Assembly: GCA_965228855.1 (NCBI GenBank) | Contig: CBDDIJ010000005.1 | Coordinates: forward strand, 416,001-480,000 | DNA length: 64,000 bases | Source: Candidatus Obscuribacterales bacterium | GTDB lineage: Bacteria; Cyanobacteriota; Vampirovibrionia; Obscuribacterales; Obscuribacteraceae | Direction: 5' to 3' | Shown here: in pieces, positions 38,061-47,824 of the stretch | How positions within the stretch are numbered: the first letter of the stretch is position 1 | Layout of the letters: the number at the start of each line of letters is the position of its first letter | Notes under the pieces: model-generated | What the model was told of the DNA's origin: nothing | What the model saw: only the letters and a program-made list of their open reading frames with translations | Databases searched by the model: none | Made by a program: the position numbers and the translations under genes

Positions 38061-40244
38061 TCAAAATGACTTGGTTGGAATCAAATCGAGTTCGGAACTT
38101 GGTGCTCCCGGTGCTATTTGGGTTTGCGGCATTAACTTCCGCAACCCATTAAGATCCGGTCCAGTCAACCCTGAACAGTCAACCAGGGATAACGCATACA
38201 ATTCTTTGAATCGCGGAAAGTAGGGCACGCTGTTCGATGTGATGTTCAGCCCGTCAAGACTCAGCGACCGCATGCGAGTGAAGCCTGGACGTGTCTCTCT
38301 GGCAAGCAAGGTCCGCACAAAGCCTTCAGAAACGCCCGTATGCCCGACATTGAGTGTATTGAGATTCGGCAAGCGATTGACGGTTTTATCTAGCTCAGCT
38401 TCACTTATTTTGGTTCTATCGAGAGCGAGAACAGCCAGATTTCTGTTCCTCTGAATATATTTCAGGGTCCGGTCAGTGATGTCAGTCTCAGTCAAAATCA
38501 CCTCGTTCAAGTTCATCCGGCTCAACGGCTCCATGTCATCATCAGTCAGATTTTTTGCCCGAGAAAAACAGACCGCTACTAATTTCGGCATCGCCAGCAA
38601 AAGGCGCTTTGAAAACGCTCCTGTGTTTTGGGGCTCATCGGCTAAATGAATTTTGGTCAGTTTCTGACAATGCAGAATCGACTCCAGGCCTTTCTCCGTG
38701 AGGTTAGGACAGTGAGAGATAATCAAGACGCGGAGCCGATCTCCGAATACATTTACACATTCAGCTAGTGCTGCGTCATCGATATCGCAATGACGGAAGT
38801 GCAATTGCTCAACATTCATTCCCCGAAGCTTTGCAATCTTGTCGGCGGTCATGAAGTTATTTCGAAAGAACGAAAGCACTCTGCAGTTCTTGGCTTCTCG
38901 ACCGAGAAGTTCGGCTTGCGGCATCGTGAACAAGCCCTCACCCAAATCAATATGTGCTTTTTGAAGGCGGTCATGCGTTCGCTTAAGGGCTACTTTGTTA
39001 AGAATCGCCTCTTGCTCGAGCGGAACCAATTTCTTTTCATCGGATGAGCCCAGTAACGCGACACCGTGCGAGGCCGCTAAGACAGGGGCTTTCGGTTGAT
39101 CGCTCATGATCCGATTCCAGATTGCGAAAACACTGATTGCAACTAAAACCAGAGTAGCAGCAGCCATACGGAAAAACACGAAACGCTTGTGTCTTTCGCT
39201 GCTTTCGCGCGATAGAAACTGTTCGGCAGACTGCCTTTCGAGTTCCTCCGCGTCCCGTCGTTCCATCATGCTGCTATGCACTTTGTTATACACCTGCTCG
39301 ATTTCCCAGCGCATTGAGTCCATGGAAGGTCTCGAATCAGGCTTTTTCTCGAGCATTCTCAGAATCAGATCGTCAAGCTCTTGCGGGTAGTTTTGGAAGT
39401 AAGTTACTTCTGAAATCGGCTTGGGAGAAGCCTTTTGATGAAGCATGAATGTATCGAGTGCAGTGGCGCCGACGAAAGGGCGCTGACCCGAAAACGCCTC
39501 GTACATAACACAACCAAGCGCGTACACATCGCTTTTCTCAGAAACCGCTTCCCCGGCGCATTGCTCCGGACTCATATAAGGAGGCGTGCCAAAGATTGCT
39601 CCGGTTCTTGTCAAAGACTGGGCGACTTGACCAGCATCAGCAATCTTGGCGATGCCGAAGTCGAGGATCTTCGAGACGGTTTCGCTATCCCGAGACACCA
39701 ACATGATGTTTGCCGGCTTCAAATCTCGATGCAAAACTTTATGTCTGTGGGCGTAAGCCAGAGCATCACAGCATTCTTGAAATATGCGCAGCAACTCAAC
39801 GAGGCCGAGGCTGCGCGCCTCGATCGCATCAGATAGAGTTTCCCCCTCCAGATACTCCATCGACATGAAAGGTACGCCATCATCGGCAATACCAAAGTCG
39901 AGTATGGAAACTAGATTGGGATGATTGAACTTGCCGGCCGCCTTCGCCTCTTGCTGGAAACGGACAAGATTTGCCGAGTCAAACTGTCTGGCCACAAGTG
40001 TTTTCACTGCAACGATTTTGTCGAGGTTCAAATTTTTGCACTTGTAGACGACACCCATTCCGCCCACGCCCAGAGTTGAAATGAACTCGTAGTGCCCGGC
40101 AAAAATGTCCCCGGGAGCAGGAGTGCGGACAACCTGTGCGAGAAGATGGCTGCACGCCTCAGACGCTTCCCTGCCGCCAGAACAATGTGGACACCATTGA
40201 ACGGTGCGGTCCATTTTTTCGCTGCCAGGGGTGGGTGTCTTCAC
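38061..40244 (-). CDS. Membrane Ser/Thr kinase with C-terminal leucine-rich repeats
   Basis: CPHC N-terminus, LGVGGMGVVY, HRDLKPAN, DFG, GTPPYMSPE, a TM, then repeats such as LAVLALDRTKIS and LNTLNVGHTGVS. Confidence 0.92.
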   Translation of the reverse strand: MKTPTPGSEKMDRTVQWCPHCSGGREASEACSHLLAQVVRTPAPGDIFAGHYEFISTLGVGGMGVVYKCKNLNLDKIVAVKTLVARQFDSANLVRFQQEAKAAGKFNHPNLVSILDFGIADDGVPFMSMEYLEGETLSDAIEARSLGLVELLRIFQECCDALAYAHRHKVLHRDLKPANIMLVSRDSETVSKILDFGIAKIADAGQVAQSLTRTGAIFGTPPYMSPEQCAGEAVSEKSDVYALGCVMYEAFSGQRPFVGATALDTFMLHQKASPKPISEVTYFQNYPQELDDLILRMLEKKPDSRPSMDSMRWEIEQVYNKVHSSMMERRDAEELERQSAEQFLSRESSERHKRFVFFRMAAATLVLVAISVFAIWNRIMSDQPKAPVLAASHGVALLGSSDEKKLVPLEQEAILNKVALKRTHDRLQKAHIDLGEGLFTMPQAELLGREAKNCRVLSFFRNNFMTADKIAKLRGMNVEQLHFRHCDIDDAALAECVNVFGDRLRVLIISHCPNLTEKGLESILHCQKLTKIHLADEPQNTGAFSKRLLLAMPKLVAVCFSRAKNLTDDDMEPLSRMNLNEVILTETDITDRTLKYIQRNRNLAVLALDRTKISEAELDKTVNRLPNLNTLNVGHTGVSEGFVRTLLARETRPGFTRMRSLSLDGLNITSNSVPYFPRFKELYALSLVDCSGLTGPDLNGLRKLMPQTQIAPGAPSSELDLIPTKSF

Positions 40245-40282
40245 ACCAACGCTATTCCCTGTTTATTAGCCGCTCTAGCGGT

Positions 40283-41317
40283 TCAGTACGAGTTTTTGAA
40301 CCAGAAGTTGGGATTGGATGCCTCATTATTGACGTAAATGCAATAGTGCAAATGAGGTCCACTGGCTCTACCGGTTTTACCGACAGTACCGATAACCTGC
40401 CCGGCCTCAACCTCATCCCCTTCCTTGACAAGAACTTTTGTCATATGAATTGAAATCGAGATCACTCCGCGCCCGTGATCGAGTACGACCACGTTGCCAT
40501 GCAGCTTCCAACCCGTGTGAGCAACCAGCACACGACCTGCGGCGGCAGCATGGATCGGCGTGCCTACAGGTGCGGCGAAATCCTGTCCTGAATGGAAATA
40601 ATCAGTAAGCAGTTTGCCGTTAACTATTCGTTTCACGCCGAACTTAGTCGACATTCGTCCTGCTGCCGGATGCTTGAACGCGCTGTTCCAGCGTTTTTCA
40701 GCGGATAGAACCTTCTTCGCTTTGGCGATAGTCTCCTTCTCGCCCGGCGAAGCGTTGAAATTGTCCTTCTTCTTCGGAAGCGTCAATCGCTGGATTCCAA
40801 AATGAGCATCAGAAACAGATATCGTCGCCACGGCACCGCCGGCGGTTATCTGATGTTTTCCTGGCTTTATCTGCGCCGGAATGGCTATGTACGCCGAGCG
40901 GACAGATTTGCCACCATAGTCATCGGTGAAGAATTTGTACGTCTCACCGTTGAATTTAAAAGTTTCCACTGCCGGGTCGATGTCCTGACTGAGAGAGATC
41001 TTTATGGGCTCTCCTTGAACGGGCTTGTCGTTAGAAACGATGATGCCATTAAGATTGACAGCGTCGGCATCGACAGCTTCAGCAACCGTGGCGACACGGA
41101 CCCCCTCGAGCTCCCGGAGGCGAATGCCACCACCTGTAGAGCCCGGAGTCGAGACCGGAGCGTCGGAAAAAACACTCGCCTGGTCTGTTGTCGAACCAGG
41201 CGAGTCTATTGTTTTAGCTGCGCAGATACTGCTATTTGCGGCGACTGATAACGTTGCGGGGATGAGAAGCGAAAGTGAGAGCTTGCAGGCTCGTTTAGCG
41301 AATAACCAATTGTTCAA
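40283..41317 (-). CDS. Secreted M23-family metallopeptidase
   Basis: Signal peptide, HSGQD (HxxxD), GNVVVLDHG, GPHLHY (HxH). Confidence 0.92.
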   Translation of the reverse strand: MNNWLFAKRACKLSLSLLIPATLSVAANSSICAAKTIDSPGSTTDQASVFSDAPVSTPGSTGGGIRLRELEGVRVATVAEAVDADAVNLNGIIVSNDKPVQGEPIKISLSQDIDPAVETFKFNGETYKFFTDDYGGKSVRSAYIAIPAQIKPGKHQITAGGAVATISVSDAHFGIQRLTLPKKKDNFNASPGEKETIAKAKKVLSAEKRWNSAFKHPAAGRMSTKFGVKRIVNGKLLTDYFHSGQDFAAPVGTPIHAAAAGRVLVAHTGWKLHGNVVVLDHGRGVISISIHMTKVLVKEGDEVEAGQVIGTVGKTGRASGPHLHYCIYVNNEASNPNFWFKNSY

Positions 41318-41350
41318 TACATCGGACCTCCGTCTGCAAAAGTGATAGCA

Positions 41351-41596
41351 CTATTTGCTCGACTTAGGCACCAATCTATCAATCGCATCTTGCAAAGCTT
41401 CAATCTTATCGATAGGAATTGCGACACCCTTCTTGGTGGGTTTCTCTTCCTGGTCCTTATCAACGTACCATTCACGAATGTGTAAGTACTTGGTCCCTCT
41501 ATATTCGCCAATGTAAACGTTGATGGTTTCGCCTCTGGCCTTTTCGTGAACCGTGATTCTCTCTTCCAAGGTGCAATCCTCCGCGATATCTCTCAC
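41351..41596 (-). CDS. PC4/YdbC-like ssDNA-binding protein
   Basis: EYRGTKYLHIREWY...KPTKKGVAI is the PC4 signature. Confidence 0.85.
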   Translation of the reverse strand: MRDIAEDCTLEERITVHEKARGETINVYIGEYRGTKYLHIREWYVDKDQEEKPTKKGVAIPIDKIEALQDAIDRLVPKSSK

Positions 41597-41710
41597 TTAA
41601 TAAAGTGACCTATAAAATTTGGAATTCCGAGCTTATACCAAGTATATATAAGAGCTTGAAACTCTGAAATAGAATCTGATCCTTATCAAGTAATAGATAC
41701 CACGATTTAA

Positions 41711-43012
41711 ATGACTCAATTCATCGACGAAACAGAAATAGTTGTCCGCTCCGGCGACGGTGGCAACGGAATGGTTGCCTGGCGGCGCGAGAAATATGAG
41801 CCGCTAGGCGGCCCGGCAGGGGGTAACGGCGGCAAGGGCGGCGACATTTATCTGAAGGCTGTCGGCGATAAAAGTACTCTGCTCGATTTTCGTTATAAGA
41901 CGGAGTACGAAGCTGAACCGGGCGCTAAAGGCGGTCCGAAGAACAGGCACGGCAGGGGCGGCAACGACCTCACCATAGAAGTTCCGGTCGGCACGATTGC
42001 TTATGATGTTGAAACTGGAAACCCAATAGCCGACCTCACTCATGACGGGCTGACCATCATGGTTGCGCAGGGTGGAAAAGGCGGACGTGGTAACACTTCG
42101 CTCGCCACTCAGCAACGACGGGCGCCTCACTTTTGTGAGCCCGGTCTGAGAGGCGTAGAACGACGCCTCAAGCTCGAGTTGAAGCTGCTGGCTGACGTGG
42201 GAATAGTGGGATTGCCGAACGCAGGCAAATCGACTCTTTTAAGTGTTCTTACTGCCGCTAAACCGAAAATCGCCGACTATCCATTCACCACACTCTCTCC
42301 TCAGCTTGGCGTCGTAAAAATGGCTGATGGACAGGGTTTCGTAATGGCAGATATTCCCGGTCTTATCGAGGGAGCGTCTCAAGGTTTGGGACTGGGACAC
42401 AAATTTTTGAAGCACGTTGAGCGCACCAGATTTTTGATACATCTTGTGGATATATCGTCTGAGAGTTTGCAGCATGACATCGAGACAATTGATAAGGAAC
42501 TGGCTGGCTACGGGACAAAGCTCAAGACCTTACCTCAGCTAATGGTCCTCAATAAAATCGATCTTGTCGATGACGATGCCACCACCAACGCCATCAATCT
42601 GGTTAAGAAGATGAAACCAGATTCGCCCGTCCTCACCATCAGTGGTGCCATAAGCGAAGGTACCAGAGAGCTTATCAACCTGGTCACCGAAAAGCTGGCG
42701 AGGTCCAGAGAGGAAGCGCCTGACGAGCTTTTCGAAGGCGACGTTCTTCCACCGGACGAGGACGCATACGCAGAAACCAGAAGCAACAGCTATTTCGAAA
42801 TTCACAGGAAGAAAAACGTCTTCACTATCGAAGGCGATCGAGCTGAGCGATTGGTTGAAGTCACCAATATGCGGGACACCGAATCGCTGCAACATCTCTA
42901 CCGGGCTTTCCGCTCGATGGGAGTAATCGACGCTCTGATCGCAGAGGGAATTCAGTCCGGGCAGACAATCAAAATCGCCGGCATCGAATTCACCTATGGT
43001 GAAGACTGGTAG
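41711..43012 (+). CDS. obgE: GTPase ObgE/CgtA
   Basis: FIDE...GDGGNG, Gly-rich Obg fold, GLPNAGKS, YPFTT, DIPG, NKID, and a C-terminal OCT domain. Confidence 0.98.
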   Translation: MTQFIDETEIVVRSGDGGNGMVAWRREKYEPLGGPAGGNGGKGGDIYLKAVGDKSTLLDFRYKTEYEAEPGAKGGPKNRHGRGGNDLTIEVPVGTIAYDVETGNPIADLTHDGLTIMVAQGGKGGRGNTSLATQQRRAPHFCEPGLRGVERRLKLELKLLADVGIVGLPNAGKSTLLSVLTAAKPKIADYPFTTLSPQLGVVKMADGQGFVMADIPGLIEGASQGLGLGHKFLKHVERTRFLIHLVDISSESLQHDIETIDKELAGYGTKLKTLPQLMVLNKIDLVDDDATTNAINLVKKMKPDSPVLTISGAISEGTRELINLVTEKLARSREEAPDELFEGDVLPPDEDAYAETRSNSYFEIHRKKNVFTIEGDRAERLVEVTNMRDTESLQHLYRAFRSMGVIDALIAEGIQSGQTIKIAGIEFTYGEDW

Positions 43013-43048
43013 CCAGCGATTAGTGTTTTTTGAACGGAGAAGAGGCGA

Positions 43049-43195
43049 CTACTCGCTTTTCTCTTCTGCTTGCTGTTCCGGTGCGTTCAACGCACGCTCA
43101 AGTCTTCTCAAGTTAGCTTCTTTAGCTTTCTTCTTGAGACGTTGTGAGCGCTTTAGCACTTTAGCAGCGCGTTTCATTCCTCTTTGCTCAGCCAT
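43049..43195 (-). CDS. Small basic hypothetical protein (48 aa)
   Basis: GGAG RBS before ATG 43195; 15 of 48 residues are K or R. Confidence 0.55.
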   Translation of the reverse strand: MAEQRGMKRAAKVLKRSQRLKKKAKEANLRRLERALNAPEQQAEEKSE

Positions 43196-43303
43196 GAGCT
43201 TATCTCCATAGTTGACGGCTCGCACAACAAGAATCTGTCCGGCAGAAATCAACCGGTCTTGCGAGCTGGGATTTGCAATGATAACGAGAGATGCCCTTTT
43301 TGG

Positions 43304-43774
43304 CTACACCCACAAGTTGCCAAGATATCGAATTCCCTTACTCGACCCCCCCGAAAGCGCTTCCAGAATCTCGTCACTCACGGGAGGAAACAGAGTAAGC
43401 TTGGCCAGGTCCTCAAGCGGCAGGAAGTCAACTCCGGCAAGCACCGGTTCGTCCCCCAACTTCATCGTTCCGCCCACAACTTTGGCTTTGATAAAGATGT
43501 TTACAATATGCCGGCTGCGATCCGGTGCAAGGGCCTCCGAGAGAAACAGAAATCTCTCCACCTCGACATCCAGGCCTGTCTCTTCCTTTAGCTCACGAAT
43601 GGCGCATTCCTCGAAGGTTTCACCATATTCAAGCCGACCACCTGGCAAGACCCAGTAGCGCTGGTTGCCTTTTTTGTGCCGGACCAGAAGTATTTTGTTT
43701 TCCTTGTTGACGACCACCACAGAAACGCGTGTGGTTGGAATCGTTTTCTTGGGCGTAAACCTTCTTTTCGGCAA
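43304..43774 (-). CDS. NUDIX hydrolase
   Basis: Nudix box GGRLEYGETFEECAIRELKEETGL. Confidence 0.93.
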   Translation of the reverse strand: MPKRRFTPKKTIPTTRVSVVVVNKENKILLVRHKKGNQRYWVLPGGRLEYGETFEECAIRELKEETGLDVEVERFLFLSEALAPDRSRHIVNIFIKAKVVGGTMKLGDEPVLAGVDFLPLEDLAKLTLFPPVSDEILEALSGGSSKGIRYLGNLWV

Positions 43775-43936
43775 TTTAATACACTTCTAAATCGGTCGCC
43801 AATAAGCCATTCTAAACCTGATTGTACTCATTTTTTTTAACAGCTCATATTTCAAATTCGCAAACACTGAGCCCTGGATGAAGTAACAGTGGCGCGCGTC
43901 TGATACTTTATTAAAGTCCATATGGAGGCTGTGTTG

Positions 43937-44968
43937 ATGTCACTTGAACAACAGCTGAAGGACCTGGAGCAGGAAGCTGCCAGGGACATAGCTGCTACCG
44001 ATAGTCTGGAACCGCTCGAAGAGCTTCGCCGCAAACACTTAGGCAAAAGCGGTGAAATTACCGCGATCTTGCGCGGGCTGGCAAAGCTCGAGGTTGAAGA
44101 AAAGAAAAAGGTCGGGCAGCTCGCCAACGAAATCAAAGACTCGATTCAAAACCTGCTCGACAACAGGCGCAAAGGACTCGAAGCTGAAGCCCTCAGCGCC
44201 AGGCTTTCGCAAGAAGTGATCGACGTCACTCTTCCCGGAACCCGCAGCGAACTCGGTCACATTCATCCTCTCACGCAAGTTACGGAAGAAATCATTTCGA
44301 TTTTTTACGGTATGGGCTTCACCGTCGCTGAGGGTCCGGAGGTTGAAACCGACTACTTCAATTTCGACGCTTTGAACACTCCGAAAGATCACCCGGCCCG
44401 AGACGAACAGGACACGTTCTACACTAACGTGCGCCCCGATGTTCTTTTAAGGAGTCAAACATCCACCGTTCAAATCCGGGTAATGAACAGCAAGAAGCCA
44501 CCACTTCGCGTAATTTCGCCGGGTCGCGTTTACCGGAACGAAGAAGTGAATGCCAGAAAGTATCCGCTTTTCCATCAGCTCGAAGGACTGCTCGTCGATC
44601 GCGATGTCACTTTCGGACAGCTGAAGGGAACGTTGAATGCGTTCATTCGAGAGCTTTTTGGCAAGCCGCTCAAAACACGCTTTCGCCCGGACTTTTTCCC
44701 GTTCACAGAACCAAGCGCGGAACTGGACAGCCAGTGCCCGTTTTGCGAAGGCTCAGGCTGCCGCACTTGCGGCAACAGAGGCTGGCTGGAACTGCTCGGA
44801 TGCGGCATGGTCGATCCGAACGTTCTTCAAGGCGCTGGCATAGATCCCGAAGAGTGGAGCGGTTTCGCCTTCGGCATGGGTATCGAACGACTTGCCATGC
44901 TGCGTTACGGCATTAACGACATTCGCCACTTCTACAACAACGATTTGCGTTTTCTCCGCCAGTTCTAA
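43937..44968 (+). CDS. pheS: Phenylalanine-tRNA ligase alpha subunit
   Basis: HPARDEQDTFY, LRSQTS, PGRVYR, FHQLEG, FPFTEPS, GFAFGMGIERL. GGAGG RBS before ATG 43937. Confidence 0.98.
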   Translation: MSLEQQLKDLEQEAARDIAATDSLEPLEELRRKHLGKSGEITAILRGLAKLEVEEKKKVGQLANEIKDSIQNLLDNRRKGLEAEALSARLSQEVIDVTLPGTRSELGHIHPLTQVTEEIISIFYGMGFTVAEGPEVETDYFNFDALNTPKDHPARDEQDTFYTNVRPDVLLRSQTSTVQIRVMNSKKPPLRVISPGRVYRNEEVNARKYPLFHQLEGLLVDRDVTFGQLKGTLNAFIRELFGKPLKTRFRPDFFPFTEPSAELDSQCPFCEGSGCRTCGNRGWLELLGCGMVDPNVLQGAGIDPEEWSGFAFGMGIERLAMLRYGINDIRHFYNNDLRFLRQF

Positions 44969-45017
44969 ACGGCGCTCGAACCAAGCTACAACCTCTATAC
45001 ATCAGGATTTTGAGTAA

Positions 45018-47573
45018 ATGAAACTTTCCTACAGTTGGCTCTGCGATTATGTCAACCTCGACGGAATCGAAATAGAAGACGTTAAGGACAGGCTCACCAT
45101 GGGCGCTTTCGAGGTCGAAGAGATGTCGAAAGAGGGTCCGGATCTTACCGGTCCGGTTGTCGTTGGCGAAATCGTCGACATCAAGACACATCCGAACGCC
45201 GATAAAATCAGACTCACCAAGGTCAAACTCAAAAAAGATCAGGATCCAGTCGAGATTGTTTGCGGTGCGCAAAATATCGAAGTCGGTCAGCGAATTCCGG
45301 TTGCGCTTCCTGGTTCTATCGTCGTGAACCGAAAGACCGGCGAGAAGCTGGAGATCAAAGCCGGCGAGATCAGAGGCGTTCTATCCAACGGCATGCTCTG
45401 TTCACCGCCCGAGCTTGGTATCACCGATGGTGACTCAGAAGGCATACTGGTTCTATCCAGACCTGGAGAAAACGGTGTTGAACTGGGTATCGACATCATC
45501 GAGCACCTGTCGTTGAAACCAGACTATGTCATGCACGTCGCGCCTCGCTCCAACCGCGGAGACGCGTTGAGCGTGATTGGTCTTGCGCGCGAGATGGCAG
45601 CCCTGACCGGACGCAAGCTGGAAATTCCGGATTGGAAATTGAACGTCGAAGGTGACGATAATGTCTACCAGGACAAAGAAGGCGAAAAGGTCGGTTTATC
45701 CACAAGCATCGAGAACACCGAGGATTGCCCCTATTTCTCTATTAGATTGATTGAAAACGTCAAGGTCGGCCCATCTCCCGATTGGTTGGCTCGCCGTCTT
45801 GAGTCTCTGGGATTGAGAACCGTGAATAACGTGGTTGATATAACCAACTACGTTATGCTCGAGTACGGTCAACCTCTTCACGCCTACGATCTTGCAAAGG
45901 TCAAAGGCGGGACGATCGCTGTGCGCCGCGCGAGAAGCGGAGAGAAGCTCGTGTCGCTCGACGGCAAAGTACGCGATCTCACCGATGAAGTGCTAGCTAT
46001 CGTCGACACGGAAAACGTGATTGGGCTTGCCGGAATCATGGGCGGCAAAGACTCCGAAATCAGTGAAAGCACCACCACGATCGCGCTCGAAGCAGCGGCC
46101 TTCACTCCTGCTCGTGTCCGCAGAGGCAGCCGCTTGATGGGACTCTCCAGCGACAGCTCACTGCGCTTCGAGCGGGGAGTTGATGTGGAGACTGTTCGCG
46201 CCGCTTCCGACCGGGCGGCATACTTAATCTCGAAATACTGCGGAGCCGATGTGAAAGTGAAGAGTCTTTTCCAGTCAGGCTCTCCGAAGACTACACCGAA
46301 AAAAGTCTCCATGCGACTCAGCCAGGTCAAACGGCTTCTCGACGTCGATATGCCGGCCGCAGACGCCATCAAATACTTGACCAGCCTCGGTTTCAAACCG
46401 GAGCCACAAACAAATCCTGACGAGATAACCGTCGAAGTGCCGAGTTTCAGACGCGAGGATGTGACACGCGAGATAGATCTCATCGAGGAAGTCTGCAGGC
46501 TATTCGGGTACGACAATCTTCCTGAGGCTATGCCGCGCTCCTCAGCCTGCCCTGAGCGTGCCGACCAACTCATACGCGACGTACGTTTCGCCCTTTCCGG
46601 ACAAGGTCTTTCCGAAGCATGGCTCAGCAGTTTGCGAGGAGAGAGCAGTCTGACTGAGAGCGAAACCGTCGTTCGCGTTTTAAACCCTCTCTCCAAGGAT
46701 CACCAGGCTTTGAGACAGAGTCTCATTCCAGGCATGATTGATGCAGTCAAATACAACCTTGACCGCGGCGTGAAAGACGTTTGGTTGTTTGAAACAGGCC
46801 GCGTTTACGAACGGGTCGAAGAGAAGTCGGAATTGGACAAATGGTCGACTGGCGTAGCAGAGAGAACTTTAGTTGCCGCAGTAATTACCGGATCTCTTGT
46901 GAAACAGGTGACCAAGAGCGATAAAGTGAAAGAGAAAGTTATCGCAAAGGCTTCGCTAGAGGAGAAGGTAGACTTTTACCGCATCAAAGGCATTGCCGAG
47001 TCGATGCTTGAAAAAACGGGAGTACCGGTCACGAGGTTACGCTTCTTCCGACCGAAAAACGCTCCTGCATACTTGCATCCATATCGAGCCTGTGTAATTG
47101 CCGTAGCTCCGGCTGATAAATTTCCTCGCGACGTCGAAGGAAAAATGGAAGATCGTCTTGTCAAGCTGGGGCTGATTGGTGAAGTTCATCCAGGCTATCT
47201 GGCGGAAAAAGATCTCAGAGATGCAGTTTATGCTTTTGAACTCGATCTGGAGCAAATCGCAAAATCCCTCGTGGTTGGCGGCTTTAAGGAGCCGGCCAGC
47301 ACGCCGGCAATGACCCGAGATCTGACGGTGGACATGAAGGACTCGACAGACCACGCAGCGGTGCAAGGCTCGATTGAAATGTCGGGAGGCGCATCACTAG
47401 TGGATGTTGAGCTTGTCAGCATCTACCCACTGGAGGAAGGAACTCGCAGCCTGTCGTACCGCCTGACCTTCCAGGACAGAGAGAAAACTCTGACCACCGA
47501 CGAGGTCGATAAAATCATGGGCAAGGTAAGAGACAACCTCGTATCCAAGATGGGCGGCAAGTTTCGAGCTTAG
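45018..47573 (+). CDS. pheT: Phenylalanine-tRNA ligase beta subunit
   Basis: MKLSYSWL, HPNADK, VCGA.N, NRGD.LS..G.ARE, VDITNYV..E.GQPLHAYD, RFERGVD, EEV.R..GY, and a C-terminal FDX-ACB domain. Confidence 0.98.
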   Translation: MKLSYSWLCDYVNLDGIEIEDVKDRLTMGAFEVEEMSKEGPDLTGPVVVGEIVDIKTHPNADKIRLTKVKLKKDQDPVEIVCGAQNIEVGQRIPVALPGSIVVNRKTGEKLEIKAGEIRGVLSNGMLCSPPELGITDGDSEGILVLSRPGENGVELGIDIIEHLSLKPDYVMHVAPRSNRGDALSVIGLAREMAALTGRKLEIPDWKLNVEGDDNVYQDKEGEKVGLSTSIENTEDCPYFSIRLIENVKVGPSPDWLARRLESLGLRTVNNVVDITNYVMLEYGQPLHAYDLAKVKGGTIAVRRARSGEKLVSLDGKVRDLTDEVLAIVDTENVIGLAGIMGGKDSEISESTTTIALEAAAFTPARVRRGSRLMGLSSDSSLRFERGVDVETVRAASDRAAYLISKYCGADVKVKSLFQSGSPKTTPKKVSMRLSQVKRLLDVDMPAADAIKYLTSLGFKPEPQTNPDEITVEVPSFRREDVTREIDLIEEVCRLFGYDNLPEAMPRSSACPERADQLIRDVRFALSGQGLSEAWLSSLRGESSLTESETVVRVLNPLSKDHQALRQSLIPGMIDAVKYNLDRGVKDVWLFETGRVYERVEEKSELDKWSTGVAERTLVAAVITGSLVKQVTKSDKVKEKVIAKASLEEKVDFYRIKGIAESMLEKTGVPVTRLRFFRPKNAPAYLHPYRACVIAVAPADKFPRDVEGKMEDRLVKLGLIGEVHPGYLAEKDLRDAVYAFELDLEQIAKSLVVGGFKEPASTPAMTRDLTVDMKDSTDHAAVQGSIEMSGGASLVDVELVSIYPLEEGTRSLSYRLTFQDREKTLTTDEVDKIMGKVRDNLVSKMGGKFRA

Positions 47574-47616
47574 CGCCGTAGTCGATTGTCGACAATCGAG
47601 CCCGGGGAACTTCTGT

Positions 47617-47651
47617 GCCGGTGCGCGTTGTAAGACGCCTGCGCCGGTTTT
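47617..47651 (+). terminator. Probable pheST terminator
   Basis: GCCGGTGCG-CGTT-GTAA-GACG-CC-TGCGCCGGT hairpin followed by T residues. Confidence 0.55.
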
Positions 47652-47824
47652 CAACTGCTGCAAATCTCGCAATCGGTTTCAGTCGCGACACGTCGGATAT
47701 TCTCGGGAATAACGAGAATGGGGTTGCCAATTTGACATAATAGTTAGGAGTTACTAGTTAGTTTTTCAACTCGGGTATATAGCTCACACAGTTACTCGTT
47801 AAGAAGTAGGCAAGTAGTCGTTAG

